Assembly (NCBI GenBank): GCA_016926735.1
Contig: JAFGOA010000120.1
Span: 1 to 17,127 of the forward strand
Length of the DNA stretch: 17,127 bases
From: Promethearchaeota archaeon
Lineage (GTDB): Archaea; Asgardarchaeota; Lokiarchaeia; Sigyniarchaeales; SOKP01
Direction of reading: 5' to 3'
Below, in pieces: positions 15,891 to 17,127 of the stretch. The notes beneath the pieces are model-generated. The model was not told the origin of the DNA. It ran no database searches and worked only from the letters and a program-made list of their open reading frames with translations. Every line of letters starts with the position of its first letter. Within the stretch, counting starts at the first letter, position 1. The position numbers and the translations under genes were made by a program.

Positions 15891-16628
15891 TTGTCAGTAT
15901 ATAATGAATTTGCAGAAGATTATAACAATAAGAGAAGTAAACCTTGGAAAGCTTTCATGGAATTTTATCTTTATTTAATAAAAAGAGATTATAGATTTCA
16001 TGGAACGATAATAGATTTAGGATGTGCAAATGGAAGACATTTTACAACATTTAAAAATTATAGAAATAGGTTAATTGCTATTGATAATTCAAAAGAATTT
16101 CTTAATATATGTAAAAAAAGAATTAATAAGGATTTTAAAAGTAAATATAATTTAAATACAATTCAATTAGTTCTTTCTGATATGAATTATTTACCAATTA
16201 GAAATGATCAAATCAATACTATCTTCTCTATTGCTACTATCCATCATATTCAATCTTATATTTCTCGTAAAATCTTTTTTTATAATATTTATAATATTTT
16301 GAAAAAGAATTCTTCAATAATTTTCTCTGTGTGGAGAAGGTGGCAAAAAAAATATAGATATTATTTTTTTAAGGATTTTATGCATAGAAAATTAGGATTT
16401 ATAGTCAAAAGAAAAGAATTCATAGATAAAAATCTAGAATTTGGGGATATAATTATACCATGGAATTTATCTTCGAGAAAAAAAGTAATTAAAAGATATT
16501 ATCATTTATTTTCATTCCAAGAATTAAAGAAATTGTTAAAAAAATATAATATAAAAAAAATTAAGAAATTGGGAGGACCAGGGAATAAAGATAATTTTTT
16601 TATTTTAGCTGAAAAATCTTATAATTAG
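15891..16628 (+). CDS. Class I SAM-dependent methyltransferase, Trm9/ALKBH8-MTase-like (putative tRNA wobble-uridine methyltransferase)
   Basis: 'VYNEFA..Y...R.KPW', 'IIDLGCANGR', 'IAIDNS', 'SIATIHHI', 'SVW', 'GDIIIPW', 'RYYHLFS..EL'. TTG start. Confidence 0.8.
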   Translation: MSVYNEFAEDYNNKRSKPWKAFMEFYLYLIKRDYRFHGTIIDLGCANGRHFTTFKNYRNRLIAIDNSKEFLNICKKRINKDFKSKYNLNTIQLVLSDMNYLPIRNDQINTIFSIATIHHIQSYISRKIFFYNIYNILKKNSSIIFSVWRRWQKKYRYYFFKDFMHRKLGFIVKRKEFIDKNLEFGDIIIPWNLSSRKKVIKRYYHLFSFQELKKLLKKYNIKKIKKLGGPGNKDNFFILAEKSYN

Positions 16629-16630
16629 TC

Positions 16631-17122
16631 TTAATGGCAAATTATCGACTTATAACATTCTAGAATAAAAGGTTTAAAATTATCATAATGATTGCTTATA
16701 ATACTTGTATGGAAAGAAAAAAGCCTTTCAGATAGATCACAATAAAACACACTATGAATTGCATTTTCACTGTAATATTTTTTTCTTATCATTTTAGATC
16801 TATTTCCAAACCAATATGTAAATTCATGACTTCCTACCCATGTATTTTCTTTCTGAGTGATTACCATATTTATAGCATTAAAGACATCAATTGAATTTTG
16901 AACTTCCTTATAATGAAAAAAATCCATTCTTTCTTTCTTTTCCCAATTAATTTCTAATTTTGCATCTGCTCCCCAATTTTCATCATAATTATTATTAGAA
17001 TGCAAGATAATATTACCATGATTCTGATCTCCTTTAATCTCAATTTCTTTAAACCAAATTGGCATTCTATTTATTTTAATATTAAAATCTTTTTTTTCAT
17101 AAACATAATAATTATATTGCAT
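16631..17122 (-). CDS. Hypothetical protein (163 aa); starts 5 nt from the window edge and may extend further
   Basis: Long ORF with W/H/C/Y-rich globular composition, convergent with the methyltransferase and separated from it by 2 nt. Confidence 0.75.
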   Translation of the reverse strand: MQYNYYVYEKKDFNIKINRMPIWFKEIEIKGDQNHGNIILHSNNNYDENWGADAKLEINWEKKERMDFFHYKEVQNSIDVFNAINMVITQKENTWVGSHEFTYWFGNRSKMIRKKYYSENAIHSVFYCDLSERLFSFHTSIISNHYDNFKPFILECYKSIICH

Positions 17123-17127
17123 AAAAT

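Noticed and set aside
1-17127. CRISPR array, tRNA/rRNA genes, transposases or integrases, alternative genetic code
   Set aside because: I saw no regularly spaced repeats, GC-rich structured RNA islands or recombinase motifs. TAA, TAG and TGA all end genes at positions consistent with family lengths.

Overview
Very AT-rich, gene-dense archaeal chromosomal DNA, most likely from an Asgard archaeon (Lokiarchaeia-like). This is inferred from a Rab-like small GTPase, a longin-like protein, a formylmethanofuran-dehydrogenase-like (fwd) operon and an archaeal Ogg2 occurring together. Gene order: TPR protein (+); fwdG-B-D-A-like operon (-); Rab-like GTPase, 90-aa hypothetical, an unlisted 50-aa ORF resembling the MobB C-terminal domain, and DUF89/ARMT1 phosphatase (+); longin-like protein and PfkB nucleoside kinase (-); 8-oxoG glycosylase (+); HGSNAT/NagX-like membrane acyltransferase (-); hypothetical, membrane pyrophosphatase and YkgJ Cys-cluster protein (+); large hypothetical (-); Trm9-like methyltransferase (+); hypothetical (-). 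I saw no rRNA, tRNA, CRISPR array or transposase. The strongest candidate for a novel system is the fwd-like operon. Its ORFs are intact and keep the Fe-S ligands, but catalytic or cofactor-contact residues are replaced in B (His->Gln, Arg->Gly), D (pterin-contact motifs) and A (Asp->Asn), and there is no fwdC or fwdF in the operon. Other notable points are two genes that appear to need non-canonical starts (ATA, CTG) and an AVP2/type II-like pyrophosphatase lacking the helix-16 ion-gate lysine. All family assignments come from motif recognition by eye; no database searches were run.
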